From the human T2T-CHM13v2.0 reference genome, Homo sapiens: a stretch of 64,000 nucleotides of DNA. The stretch's first letter is position 1. Each line of letters opens with the position of its first letter. The stretch lies in the NCBI RefSeq assembly GCF_009914755.1, contig NC_060934.1; one strand, 5' to 3'. Shown in pieces: positions 13,726 to 28,745 of this stretch. A program made the position numbers and the translations under genes. The notes under the pieces were generated by a model. The model saw only the letters and a program-made list of their open reading frames with translations. It made no database searches and had not been told where the DNA came from.

Positions 13726-13779
13726 TGTCCATTGCCTCCCCTTTTTCTTTTTTCTCAGCCCCTTCTCTCTGAGAACAAA

Positions 13780-14310
13780 GTAGCCCATCCCCTGGGTCCC
13801 ACCAGCCAGACTGAGCCACGTCCTGAGGCCTCCCTCTGCCTCACTGCCACACTTGGCGCCACAGAGGCCTGAGCCTCCTATTGCCCGAGTGCCTTGCTGC
13901 CCAGGTCAACCCTCACCATCGCTCATCCTGAGCCTTCTAATGCCCGAGTGCCTTGCTGCCCAGGTCAACCCTCACCATCGCTCATCTCTGCTCTGGACTC
14001 ACAGCCACCTCCTGTCCAAATTGGTTCTCCTGCCTCCACTCTTGCCCTCTCCCAGCCACGCTCCCCGGGCCACTGCCACCTTTCTAAGCACGTGCTGGCC
14101 TTCATGGACCTCTGGGATCAGCCCCTGTGCCCCTCTCCAGCCCCCTCTCTCCCAACCTCACTCTTGGGCTCTGGTGAATCCAAACCATGTCCTGTTGCCC
14201 TCATGGGTCAGCCTCTGTCCCTCTGTTCCCCCACTCACTGTCAACAACTCAGATTTCAAGGCTTGGTTTAAGCACCACTTCCTTTTGGAGTCTTTTTTTT
14301 TACCACCATA
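13780..14310 (+). mobile_element. L2 fragment carrying a 59-bp tandem duplication
   Basis: CTGGACTCACAGCCACCTCCT..GGTTCTCCTGCCTCCACTCTTGCCCT. Confidence 0.5.
13868..13985. repeat. Tandem duplication, 2 x 59 bp
   Basis: 13868-13926 and 13927-13985 differ at only 2 positions. Confidence 0.95.
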
Positions 14311-14444
14311 GTGACCCCTCAGCCCTGCCACTCCTAGTTTCAGTCCCTCCTGGTCACCTGACTCCGTGTCTGTGGCACCTGGAGCACTTGGTGCTGAGAG
14401 CTAACACAGAGACAGAACAGGCTGCAGACCAGCCCTGTTCCAAA

Positions 14445-14600
14445 TGGCTCTTTTCATGTTAACTCATTTAATCCTCACAAAATTGCCCTATGAGGTGGGT
14501 GCAGTTATCAAAATTTTTACAGGAAGCTGGGGCACAGAGAGGTTCAGTGACTTGCCAGTGACCACACAGCTACTAGGTGGCAAGACCCTTAGACCTTAGG
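14445..14600 (-). mobile_element. MIR SINE
   Basis: TTAACTCATTTAATCCTCACAA..GGCACAGAGAGGTTCAGTGACTTGCC. Confidence 0.8.
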
Positions 14601-15444
14601 GTGGTTTTGTGCTCCTAGGCATGATGCTATTCCACCGATTCATGGACTTTGTCTGCTTTGTCTATATGCCTGCCCCTCTCCCTTACACCATGAGCTCGCC
14701 TAGGGCCCTTCCCATTTGGGTACCTGCAGACCAAGAGTGAGGTCAGGTCCACAACAGGGGCCACTAAAAGTCCCCCAACTGAAGGATCCAGCCTCTACGT
14801 GGCTGCCCATCATAACAGGGAGGCTCCAAGAGTCTGCATTCTACCAGGAGAGACACCAGGCAGAAAGGTCAACTGAGTCCCCACCCCCACCCCAGGTGAC
14901 TTCCTCAAAAGGCAGAGAAGGAGCAGGAGGGGAGCAGCTTTGCATATGGAAGAGGGGAAGCCTGTCCCTAGGTCGTTCTCGTGAAAGAACCAGAGTTCTG
15001 TCTTCAAGGGCTTCGTGCAAGGCCTGAGTGGATGAGGGTTCCCATCAGCCTCCATGCTCTACTGCCCTCTCCAGCACTCCATCTGCCAAAGATGGGCAGG
15101 AGTGCAGTTGATGCTTCTTATTACACTCTATGTTACCATCAGGTTAAGTTTGTCTTGCAAGCCTGAGGTCTGAAAGCCTGGAATGCCTTACCAGCCTGCC
15201 TGAGTAATGTCTCCCTCTAGTTTTGAAGTTTCTGCCAAGGAGGAATGTCACTGGAATGCAGCCTCTACTAACACCTGGGCAGCTGTCCCTCAGTCATGAG
15301 GCTGGCCCGGCTGGCTCATCTGGTGAATGATGTGGCTGCCAGGCGTGGGGCTGAGGGCCCCTGGTGAATTGGCCACACTCTCCCAATGGGCATGTCTCCA
15401 AGACAGGCGGCCCAGGTTAAGAACACCATCTGCAGCTAGGAACA

Positions 15445-15680
15445 ATGATAACAACAATAGCAAGAATGAACAGCAGGTTTGCCTTGATGAAGCACATCCT
15501 ATAAGTCAGGCTCTGAGCAAAGCACAACCTATGCAGGATCTAATTCAATCATCCAGGCAACCTAATAAGATATTAACATCCCCACTTTACAGATGAGAAA
15601 CCGGGGGCTCGAAGATTGAGGGACTTGACCAAGGCTACACAGAGGTGGAACCTGTTCTTCTAACCACTGGGTTCCACTGC
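15445..15680 (-). mobile_element. MIR SINE
   Basis: ATCCCCACTTTACAGATGAGAAACCGGGGGCTC..GACTTGACCAAGGCTACACAG. Confidence 0.75.
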
Positions 15681-15836
15681 CTCATGGAAATGGAGTGAAG
15701 CTGATCCTAAGCCCACACAGTGATTTAGAGCAGCAGGTTTAATCTGTACAAATGACTGATTGTATTTGAGTGTGGTTGCCAGTAACCAGCAGAAGGATTC
15801 TCCTCCACCCGGGTTCCAGGTAGAAAACCAAATGGG

Positions 15837-16611
<775 letters not shown>

Positions 16612-16699
16612 CCCTCTCCCACATTTTCAAACCACCCTCCCACCATCCTCTGATGTCTACAAGAAAAAAGGAGAGAGATTTTTTAGCATGATGTCAGTT

Positions 16700-16885
16700 T
16701 CTATCCATCATTCACTGAATTCTCATTCCAGCCCTTGGAGGTTGGGTGTCATTTTTACCATTTTACAGATGGAGAAGCTGAGGCTCTGAGAAGGCAAGCA
16801 ACTTGTTCAAGATCACCTCATTGGCAGAACTGGGCTTGATACAAAGCTAAACCTGAAGCAGAGCCTGTACTTGGTCTGCCACACT
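16700..16885 (-). mobile_element. MIR SINE
   Basis: CCATTTTACAGATGGAGAAGCTGAGGCTCTGAGA..ACTTGTTCAAGATCAC. Confidence 0.8.
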
Positions 16886-17459
16886 GCAAAAACATGGGAG
16901 AAACCCTCCTCAGTATTGGAAACGACTTCAGAACCTTGGAGAGCAAGGCTGAGCTTGACTGGGAAAGAAGGGATAGTTTGGAAGAAGAGATGTGTCCTCT
17001 TCTGTCAGAGCTCAGCCCCAACCTGCCCTGGTAAGGTCATGCCCCTGCCATGGTCAGCCCCCTGCTAAGGAGAAATAGGATGCTGGCCCTCCAGTAGACA
17101 AGTGTCTGTGGGGTGAGTCACCCATTATCCCCCTCCCGTGTGACACACTTAGTACAAGGCATTGGGAAGTATCAGACCAAGAGAATAGACTTCAAGATGC
17201 CACGTGCCCACAGGCCTGGGAATGCTTGGCTTCCTGTGACCTTGGATTGCACACGCATTCAAGAGGCTCCCAAGAAGCTTACCCAGCCAGAGGTTCCCAC
17301 GCCAAGGAGTTGGGCTGGACTCTGTGACCTCTCTTTGCCTTGCCTGGGGCCACCCAGATCATTAGACCATAGGCACTAATGCACCTGCCTGCTGCCTCTT
17401 ACTGTAGAAAAAGAGATGAGTAGAGGCAAGTGGATTCCTTGGCGCTTGGGAAGCTTCAA

Positions 17460-17620
17460 GGTGGTGCACATAGTCTTGGAGCCAGGTAACCCTGGGTTAA
17501 ATCCCAGTGCCTCCTCTAATTAGTCAGACAACCCTGCACAAGTTAGGTTACCTTGCTAAGCCTCAGTGTTCACATTTGTAAAAAAAGTGCCAATCATGCT
17601 TTTCCACAGTTTGGATTGAA
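17460..17620 (+). mobile_element. MIR SINE
   Basis: CTGGGTTAAATCCCAG..CAAGTTAGGTTACC..GCCTCAGTGTTCACATTTGTAAAA. Confidence 0.7.
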
Positions 17621-17900
17621 TCAGAAAACTTAAATAACCATCTATCCCCAAAACAGCTGACACATAATAAGGGATATTTAAGTTAAAACTTTTCATTTTT
17701 ATTAAAATATTAAACATCTTCAAAATTCACATAGAAAGAAGAGCACTAGAATAATTGCAAATGATGGAGCAACCAAAGCCACCAATGATTGAAATGTTCT
17801 CTGTGACTAAAGGATGGTTATTTATTCTGAAAGTAAGAGTACGATGATATCAGGAGAGGAAAGGGGGTGGAGCTCATCTTAAGTGCTGTGCTTGCACTGT

Positions 17901-17977
17901 AGTGTGTGTGTGAGAGAGAGAGTGCATGTGTATGTGTGTTTGTGTGTATGTGTATGTGAGTAAGAGACAGAGAGAGA
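17901..17977. repeat. Degenerate (TG)n/(GA)n simple repeat
   Basis: Mixed TG and GA dinucleotide runs. Confidence 0.8.
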
Positions 17978-18414
17978 AGGGTGGGGGGACACACTTTCAA
18001 CAGACTAAAATCTAATCCCTACCCTCAGGAATTTACACATAACTGGAATATTTTTAAAAGTGTCAAAATTGACATCTGTGAGCTACAAAGTGCTACAGGA
18101 ATATAAAGGCAGGAGAGTTCGCTTCCAGCGCAGCTGGGGTTCTGAGTGGTATGTGACACTTCCTGGAGGAATGCTATTTGAGGTAACTGAAGCGAGGGTG
18201 AGATTTCAACAGGTACTAATGGGGATAGGGTGGAAAAGAGAATTGTTGAGAAAAGCCACGAAACAGAGAAAGCAGGGTGTGCCCTGTGAATCTGAGGTAA
18301 TATGAAAAAAATACCAAATACCAAAATATTCTTACCCTTGGATGGTGGGATGATACCTGATTGATTTTAGTGTGTGTGTCTTTCTGAATTTTCTATTCTT
18401 TAAAATGAGTTTGG

Positions 18415-18820
<406 letters not shown>

Positions 18821-18859
18821 CTAGAGAATACTGGCAGTAGAGAAGGGGGCTTGTGTCTA

Positions 18860-19062
18860 ACTGGGCTCTCTACCGCAGCACTGTTGAGATTTTGGACTGG
18901 ATCATTCTCTGTTGTGGGAGCTGCCCTGTGTATTGTAGTATTCTAGTCTCTGCTAGATGCCAGTGGAATTTTTCCCCTTCTCTCCTCGGCCACCCCAACT
19001 ATGACAACCAAATATGTCCCCTAAGGGATGAAATTGCCCTGGGGTGGATAGAACTACTATTC
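18860..19062 (-). mobile_element. MER20 hAT MITE
   Basis: GCACTGTTGAGATTTTGGACTGGATCATTCTCTGTTGTGGGAGCTGCCCTGTG..CTAGATGCCAGT..TGACAACCAAA. Confidence 0.8.
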
Positions 19063-19199
19063 TAAACCCTGGAATATTTGATGTGAAGGAAAAGTCACCC
19101 CTACATACTTCTCTGCATGCACAGAGAGTGTAATCCCGTCACTGTGCCTTGGCTCTCTTAAAAAGTTTCCCTCTTTCATCCAATCCCACCCAAATCCAG

Positions 19200-19310
19200 G
19201 AGGTAGAAGGTCTGAATGCTGGGTCCCAAGTCTTAACACTAGTTAGCTACATGATCTTGGGTTAGTTGAATGGCCACTCTGGGCCTGCTTACTTATCTAT
19301 AAAAATGACA
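19200..19310 (+). mobile_element. MIR fragment
   Basis: TAGCTACATGATCTTGGGTTAG..CTCTGGGCCT..ATCTATAAAAATG. Confidence 0.6.
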
Positions 19311-19361
19311 GGTAGATGAGAAGTGCTCAAAGATTCTGTGAATCCGTGTGTCAATGCCAAC

Positions 19362-19480
19362 CCCTTATTTTGTACAGGAAGAAAATGACATTTGGAAATG
19401 TGTAGTTTTGCCCAAGGTTACACACCTCACCAATGGCAGCACCACGACTAAAACCCAGCACCAAGACTAAATGCCATGAC
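19362..19480 (-). mobile_element. MIR fragment
   Basis: TTTGTACAGGAAGAAAATGA..TTGCCCAAGGTTACAC. Confidence 0.6.
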
Positions 19481-21329
19481 TTTTGATTTCTACTTGTGCC
19501 CCTCCACCCCACACTCTTTGTCACCTGTCTCCTTAGAAGCATGGCTTCCTTGTGTCAAAAAGGAAGAAAACAAGAGTGACTGGGCCAGGCCACTTACATG
19601 CGCTATTTGGTGAGCAAGACAACAGAGAAACCTCCTCTATGTAAATAATAACAGGGACACCGACATGACTTTCCGAATGAGCCAAAGCAGCTCGAAGAAA
19701 CAAAGGGCTAACTGGCTCTTTCAAGACAGTGGAGAATCTGAGGGTGATGAGTTTTGTGGTATTCAATGGCAGGCTGCTGTGACAGAGGGCTGCAAATGCC
19801 ACTCCGGGGACACGTTAATGAAGGCTCTGCATGCACAACACGAGAGGCAATTATTCTGTTCTCCCTGGCACTGGGTCCTCCTGGCAGGAGAGCTGCCGCC
19901 GACGCAGCTGGAAAGAGTTCAGTGCAAAGTTCACAGAGACAGCCAGATGGAGAATGAACAAGACTTGCCGTGTGGCTCAGCCAATGCCAAACAGACCAAC
20001 CGCTCATCTGCAGGCCTTCCCCTGATCCTCGGGAACATATGCAGGAAGGGCATGGTGGGCGGAAGAGGTGGAGACTTCCGCTGGCAGATGCGAGAGGCAT
20101 CTGGGGTGCTTCCGGCCTGCGTGTAGGCTGCCATCTCTGAAGCTCCCCGGGCTTAGGGCTGCCTTCCCTTCTGGCCAGGTGTTGTCAACATAGGATGCGA
20201 GGAGTCATCCCAAGACAAAACATGGCCAGACAGGTGAGCCAGAAAAAAGAGGCAGTGAATGCACATCAGTTTGTGGATGATTTTCCTGGCGCCCATTTCG
20301 TAGGCCGACCCGGCCTCTTTCTCTCAGGTTCACGCAGGGGAAAGGCTCTTCGAGGTGCTGGAAAGAAGACTTTGTCTCCTTCCTTTTCGGCTTGGACCAG
20401 CCCTATTAGTGGAGTTTTCTAGGCAAATCTGGTCCCCACCCCACCCCCCACAAATCAGGTGAAGTCAGGTTAAAAATAATATTGAAGGCTGCCGTGAGTG
20501 CCAGTTGAGTCACAGCCCTGAGGGTGTGTGGGTTGCAAGTAAGTGGGTCCCACACGTTTCCCAGGGAGATGATGGGGCAGAAACAGGTTGTGGAGTCTGC
20601 AGAGGGGTAAAATGAACCCCAGATCTTAGCAGCAGCCTGCCCCCACCCCCACCTGCTGGCATTTCCAGGCCAGAAGGGACTGTTCTGTCTCACTGTTTCT
20701 CAAAGGCCACCTGCTGCTGCCTCAGTGAGTCAGAAGGGCCTGTCTGGCTTGTCGTGGATCACTTGGAACCTGGCCACATGCCTCCCTTTTCTATTTCTGT
20801 GCCTCAGAAGATGGCAGTACCACCCAACACCCCACCCAGAAAATCGCTGCCACTAGCTCTAGTGAAGCCTCATCTCAGGGCTAGTTACCTAGTAAGAAGA
20901 GCAGTGCTGAGAATTCCGGCAGGTAGAGATGAGGTCTGCAGCAAGGGGAAAGAAAGGAGACTTCTGAGGGCAGCTGCTCAATGGAGGAATTAGGGAGGGT
21001 TGGAAGCAGAGTTATCCTCAGGATGAGTTAGCGACAGTCCTGGCAATAGGAACATTGTCCCTGTGAGGACTCTTGTGTGGGCCTGGACAGCTCAGGCCTG
21101 GGGCTGGGTAGCTCACTGGTTAGGCCTCAGCTAATGCAGGCAGAGTGTGAGGACAGCCGCCAGGCACTGGGGCAGCTTTCCAAGGGATGCTCTTTTAACG
21201 GAAGTAATTCCAAATCCTTAGTGCATCATGCAGTACCGTATGCTGTTTGGGGCCTTCTCACCTGATGCTCCCTCCCCGCCTACCCCCCACGCAATGTCCC
21301 CTTCTCCCCACTTAGTGGACAGTACAGCA

Positions 21330-21511
21330 CAGTGTGAGGGATTTCAAACATTCCGTGCATCAGAACCATCTGGAAAGATTGCCAATGGCAGCCTCCTGGC
21401 CCCATTCCCTGATGTTCTGATTCCGTAAGCCCAGCCAGGATGCTGCGTTTTTATCAAGCATTATGGGGAGATCCTCAGCATGTGGTTCCTGGACTCTGCT
21501 ATGAGAATGCT
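21330..21511. mobile_element. MER5A/B hAT MITE
   Basis: TTTCAAACATTCCGTGCATCAGAACCATCTGGA..TTCTGATTCCGTA..TGCGTTTTTATCAAGC. Confidence 0.7.
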
Positions 21512-21730
21512 GGTTTCATGGCTAAGAGCTTAGACTCTGAAGTCAGACCAGAATTCAGATCCCAGTTCTGCTGCTTACCAGCTATAGAACCTCTAAGCTT
21601 CGGTTTCCTCATCTGTAAAATGGGAATGGTGAATTACTTTCCTCATGCTATGAGGATTAAATGAGATGATATATGTAAAGACCCAACAGACTGCCTGAGA
21701 GGCAATGAGCACTTAATAATGTTATTATTG
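21512..21730 (+). mobile_element. MIR, near full length
   Basis: TGGCTAAGAGCTTAGACTCTGAAGTCAGAC..GTTTCCTCATCTGTAAAATGGG..GAGGATTAAATGAGAT. Confidence 0.88.
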
Positions 21731-22974
21731 CTAGTGGAATTCCTGCTGTTGCGTGTTCCCGACACACACATAGATGCTCAATGTGTGATGACATGTTTGT
21801 GGCTGACTCAAAACTGTCCTGTTCTTTATGGGAAATGATGCAGGGGCTTTAGAGGTGAGCTGCTTTCTCTTTGGAGAGCTGGGCCTCTTAGCCACCCCAA
21901 GGGAGAATCTTCTTTTTTCACCCCAAGGATGAATTAGAATCCTGTGTTTGGCATTTCATCATGCAGTAAGACATGAAAGACCCTCTTCTTGCACCCTTCA
22001 CCCAGCAGGAACTGGGTGTTGAAAAAGTCTTTTTGACAGCTTGGTATCTTTTTTAACTTTCACAAGAAAACAGAAGTCTGCTTGTGAATAGTATCACCGT
22101 TGAACTCAGAGCCTGAAGGAATAGGAGTGGGCTGGGCAGAGCCTGGACTAAAGCCAGGAACCTTCCGTGAGGAAGATGAAGCTCTTGGCATGGGGCTGTT
22201 GGCATCCAAGGCCTCCCCAAGCCCTGGCATCTTAGGCCTGGGCTGCCCTGAGACAAAGGGAACCACTAGGGCCTAGCCTGGGTCTAGCCTGGCTAGACTT
22301 TTTTCTTGCTGTTCTCACACCTCCGTCTCCTCCTCAGCTTCCCAGGACCCGGCTGGGAGGTGGAGCGTGGCAGATGACCCAGGGCTGCCAAGGCTGGTGG
22401 CTCTAGAAGGGACTATTCATCCAAGGATTAGGGCATCAGGAAAGGCCACAGGACAGAGCAGAAGCTAAAGCAACCCAGGAAGGTGGGTTACCTTACAGAG
22501 GCCACTAACAATTACTGTTTGACAGCCAGACCCTGCCAAGTTTTCTCAAAAGCCTCCTTCACATTTCTCCTGAGGGTCTATCCAGTAGAGTCTAAGCTAT
22601 AAGACCTGGATATAGTTACAGAAGATGATGACCCCATGGCTTAAAAGCACCTGCCCCATCTGACGCCTGGAATTCTACCATTGGAGCACTTTGGCCCTCA
22701 CAGACTTTGAACCCCATTTAACTCCACACATCCTTGGACGAGGTAACATTAAACTCTTAACGCAGTGCATGTTGACACCATGCCAGCAAATGAGAAGCAC
22801 TTAATATTTTGTAGCTTATAACAGAAGCAGTAAGTAATTAGTAGTTATCATAATCATCGTGAACACTTTAGAATTACTGAACTTCCAGTTTTTTGCAAAT
22901 AAATTTTTTTGAAAAAAGGCAAAAGAAGAGAGCATTGAGTTTCTGCAGGAGAGAAGGAAGGAACTCACTAAAAC

Positions 22975-23110
22975 CAGCTACAGAGCCCTATAAATTATGT
23001 AGCCTTGGGCAAGTCAGCCAAACCATCTGTACCTCAGCATCCCTTTTGGTACAGTGGTGACGGTGATTCTCTAGCTCCTAAGACTTTAAGATAAAATGAG
23101 GTAATAGCTT
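22975..23110 (+). mobile_element. MIR fragment
   Basis: CCTTGGGCAAGTCA..CTGTACCTCAG. Confidence 0.65.
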
Positions 23111-23399
23111 TCTGTGGGTTTTGGAATCATATTTGCCCTGTACATAACTGCAGAGGAGTGTGACTTACAACAACTTCTGTTAGTATCAACACACCAATTC
23201 TGCCATTGGTGCCATAGCTGTGAACACAGAGGATATGCTGTCTGTGAAGACCAACTGACCAGCAGCTACACATGGCAGTGGGCAAGGAGGCCCTGTCCAG
23301 ATTCTGCACCCTGATTACAACTCCTCACCAATGGCTGAGGTCACACTTCACCTGCCAAGTTGCAAGAGAAACCACCAACAGAAGTCTGGGCAGTTTGGT

Positions 23400-23625
23400 T
23401 GGTGGTTCAGAGCACAGGCTCTGGGGGCAAAAAGTTTTGGGGGTCAGGTCTCACCTCCACTACTTACTAGTGGTGTGGCTTTTAGCAAGTTCTTTTTATC
23501 TCTAGCGTCAGTTTCTTCTTCTGTAGAATAGGCTAACTGGGCTGTTCTGTGACGGGAATCAACTGAGAGTCTGCATGGAATGTACTTAGCTCAGAGCTGA
23601 CTTAGTGAGGAGGAAAAATTATAAT
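23400..23625 (+). mobile_element. MIR SINE
   Basis: GTGGTTCAGAGCACAGGCTCTGG..CTACTTACTAG..TCAGTTTCTTCTTCTGTAGAAT. Confidence 0.75.
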
Positions 23626-24169
23626 CCTCATTGCTGCCTGATTTGCCTCCCTTCTCTTGGTCTCCAGTTCAACATTCATTCAGCATATTTTAAATTATAC
23701 TTCTCTATGGGGAGAAAGAGGAGACCACTCTTGAAAGACATTCAAGAAAAGCAACTGGGTTTTTCTGCATTTCGTGGAGCATACTGATAAGCCCCCGAGG
23801 GAGGAAACAGCTCAGGGATGCTCCTTGGGCTGACAGTTGTCATGGAGGAAGCGATGAAGGTGTTTCTCCTTGAAGAAAAGTTGCAGTTGGTGTTTTTCTT
23901 TCTTGTTCCCTCTGTGTCTCAGGGAAATGGTGTGAAGCAGTTCCCTGGGAGAATCCAGGGGCTGTGTTATTGCTATCAGTCCACAGGGCTGAGCGTTCTT
24001 CCCGACCCTGGGCTGACTCACGTCCACAGGGCAGGCGCTGTCCCCTGGAGATAGCTGCCCTTTCAGAAAAAAGCCCCTGCTGGTGTGGGGAGAAGCATAA
24101 GTGGTGTGAAGGGGAAATAGAAACTCACTTGACTTTTACCTAGAAACTCCCTGTTTAGTGTGTGATTCA

Positions 24170-24300
24170 TTATTAAATCCCTCTTTCCTCTCTAGGCTGC
24201 AAGCTCTTCAAGGGTCATCTGGTTCACTTCTGTACCCTTAGTGCCTAGGACAGTTGGTGCTCATGTAAATATATCCAGAAAACAAAAATGGATGGATCAA
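24170..24300 (+). mobile_element. L2 3' end
   Basis: CTAGGCTGCAAGCTCTTCAAGGG..GTTCACTTCTGTACCCTTAGTGCCTAGGACAG. Confidence 0.65.
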
Positions 24301-24437
24301 TAGACAGGTGGCTGGATGAAGGATTATGATGGCACCCTTGCCCTTGACTGGCCCTCAGGCCAGTTGAAAGGTCAAGATACACCCAACATAGTTTGCAGGT
24401 GCAGAAAACAATCTTTATTTAGGCATCAAATTGAAGG

Positions 24438-24919
24438 TGTAATCTGTGGAGTCCAAATCATTTGGGAAGCCAGTGAGAATAAGCCTCACAGGCCTTCAGC
24501 TATAGGAAGTGTAATTAACTATGGGCCTCACCTGCTGTGTTCTGAAATCCATCGATGCTGAGGCCACATTTCCCATAGGCTGCTCCCAGCCAGTGACTGA
24601 GCATAGCAGGGTTACTAGGGCAGGCCCCTTCCTGGGAGACAACCAACTCCTCTGACAGCTGGCCTTGCCTGAGGACTCCTCAACAGCTTTGCCAAAGCTT
24701 CTTTAAACTGCATGACGGTCTAGGATGCTTTCACCCAACCTTTTCTTCCTCTGTTCTTCACTTGGAGTCAGACTTTTGTGGAGGCCTGATGGCTCCCATT
24801 CTTTTTGGTTCCCTCTCCTTTTTTTTTTTTCCCCCTCACATAGACATTTCCCCTAGTAAAATCCTTGCATATTTATTCCTGTCTTTGTGACTGCTTCTCA
24901 GAGGACTTGGACTATCACA
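24438..24919 (+). mobile_element. ERVL-class solo LTR (LTR16-like)
   Basis: GGCTGCTCCCAGCCAGTGACTGAGC..; 3' end TAAAATCCTTGCA..CTGCTTCTCAGAGGACTTGGACTATCACA. Confidence 0.65.
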
Positions 24920-25039
24920 CCTTCAGAAGTTTAAAATGACCACTGTGGCCTAGGGGAGTCAGAGCAGGTTTAATAAAGGAGAAGGCATTCCATGGACTTT
25001 CCTAGTAGGGTGCAGATTCCTAGTTAGGGTAGTGGAGGC

Positions 25040-25168
25040 ACAGGTTAGACTGTGGATTCTATGAAATAAGAGGCTGTCTGCATTGTTCATTGTAAATCTT
25101 TTGCACCAAACACAGTACCAAGCACATAATGGTCTCTCACGGCATACTTGTTGAATAAATGAATAAAC
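25040..25168 (+). mobile_element. L2 3' end
   Basis: TTAGACTGTG..TTGTTCATTGTA..TACTTGTTGAATAAATGAATAAA. Confidence 0.7.
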
Positions 25169-25194
25169 AAAGACTCCTTTTCCCACCTCTATAG

Positions 25195-25611
<417 letters not shown>

Positions 25612-26312
25612 GGCTGTTTGCCTCTCAAAGGCAAAGAGATCACATTCTGAAGACTCAGAGGCCTGGCTTATATGTAGTGTCCAAAGAAGAAACTAATAGA
25701 CTGAACAACGATGGCCGAGGGAGAAGGTGGTCATGAGGATTGGTTATGACATCTGAGAAGTGGCTCATAGTTAGGGGTGAGGGTGGTATTCCTGGTTGCT
25801 GGTCGGGGCACCTCACTTTGCCTCTGTGTAAAATGCTGCGCTTCTTCCAGCTGCATCCTGGCACCACAGCCAGCTCCTTTCTTTCCAGCTAACATTCTGT
25901 GGTCTCATGAGGACCTTCTATCTGAGGGGATCTTATTTTTTTCAAAATCCCACCATATACATGATTTTGTGGGAACTGCACAGCTCACGGCATGGAGAGG
26001 TTAGCTATTCCCAGTTTCACAGATGCAGTAACAACTGTGGTTTTAGACTGCCCTCAGCCACCAGCACAGCACTTCTGCTGGTAATGACACCGCAGTTTTG
26101 CTTTAAGGAACACCCTGCCTCCATTGGATTATCTTGTAGGACTGTCCAGCAAGCGGTCCAACACTTTCCTGGACAAAGGTGGTCCTGTGACTTGAGTAAG
26201 ACCCATTAGACACTTGTCCTAGAATTTGAATCTTGCGCAGATAGTAATTTAAAAGCTAGAGCCTTTGAGAATAAAATAATGGATTTGAACAACAATAACA
26301 AAAACCCACTTC

Positions 26313-27581
<1,269 letters not shown>

Positions 27582-27611
27582 GTAAAAGTTTCAACATCAT
27601 CCGCTAGGGCT

Positions 27612-27963
27612 TGTCCCTCACGTCCGTGTGAAGAGGCCACCAACAGGCTTTGTGTGAGCAACAAGGCTGTTTATTTCACCTGGGTGCAGGCAGGCTGAGT
27701 CCGAAAAAGGAGTCAGCAAAGGGTGGTGGGATTATCATTAGTTCTCACAGGTTTGGGATAGGCATAAAAAGTACATTCTCAAGGGTGGGGGAGAATATAT
27801 TGTATCTCTTAGGGTGGGGCAGGAACAAATCACAATGGTGGAATGTCATCGGTTAAAGCTATTTTCACTTTTTTTGTGGATCTTCAGTTGCTTCAGGCCA
27901 TCTGGATGTATACGTGCAAGTCACAGGGGATATGATGGCTTAGCTTGGCTCAAAGGCCTGACA
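27612..27963 (-). mobile_element. HERV-H solo LTR (LTR7 family), internally deleted
   Basis: Reverse strand starts TGTCAGGCCTTTGAGCCAAGCTAAGCCATCATATCCCCTGTGAC and has CAGGTGAAATAAACAGCCTTGTTGCTCACACAAAGCC; TSD GGGCT (27607-27611, 27964-27968). Confidence 0.93.
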
Positions 27964-28049
27964 GGGCTGATTCATTTACAATGCTCATACCCTGAAGAAT
28001 CTTTTCATTAGTTTCTGCTACCTGGGCACCCAGTCTTCTTATATTCCTG

Positions 28050-28255
28050 TTCTGGGTTTGAATCTTGGCTCCACCACATTCCAGACATGTGACCTTGGGT
28101 GAGTTACTGTGCTTCTTTGAGCCTCTATTTTCTCATATGTAAGTGAGGATAATACCCAACGCATAGAGTGGTTGGGTTCCGTAAAAGAAGGCACACCTTG
28201 TTCTTAGCATAGAGCTCTGCACATGGTACATGCTCAGTGAAAGGTGGGTGCATTA
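28050..28255 (+). mobile_element. MIR SINE
   Basis: CTGGGTTTGAATCTTGGCTCCACCAC..TGTGACCTTGGGTGAGTTAC. Confidence 0.8.
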
Positions 28256-28629
28256 TCCTCATGAGAATAGCTTTAATTCCTAAACACAGAGTTTAGGAAC
28301 TAAACCCACATTCACATAACCAGTCAGCAACAGAGTTGTGACTAGGACCAGACTTCCAGACCCCTAGGTCTCCAGCTTGAAGGAGGAGAAAATGACCTGA
28401 GAGGTCTTTGGTAATTGCAATGGACGGGAGAGTTTTTCATCAGCTCATAGGACATCTGCTCTTCGAGTCCTTAGTTGCGAAAGCCATTTGCTCCCCAACT
28501 ATCATTGTTTAGCCATGAAGACACTTTAAGGAAGGGAGAGTTTTGTCTCAGTAGGAAATTGGGGGAAGGAAGGAAACCCTACACACAAAGGCACCTTAGA
28601 ATTGACTTACTTTGAGCTTTTCTTGGGTT

Positions 28630-28745
28630 ACAACCTCCCATCCCAACAGAGCTTTGTGAGGATTTAATGAGATATTACCTATAGGCCCTAGCTTGATTCC
28701 TGGCACACAGTAAAGACTCAATAAATTCTAGCTGTCATTGTTATG
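28630..28745 (+). mobile_element. MIR 3' fragment
   Basis: TTGTGAGGATTTAATGAGAT..CCTGGCACACAGTAAAGACTCAATAAAT. Confidence 0.75.

Noticed and set aside
24035-24055. REST/NRSE half-site GGCGCTGTCC
   Set aside because: The second half (GGTGCTGAA) is absent
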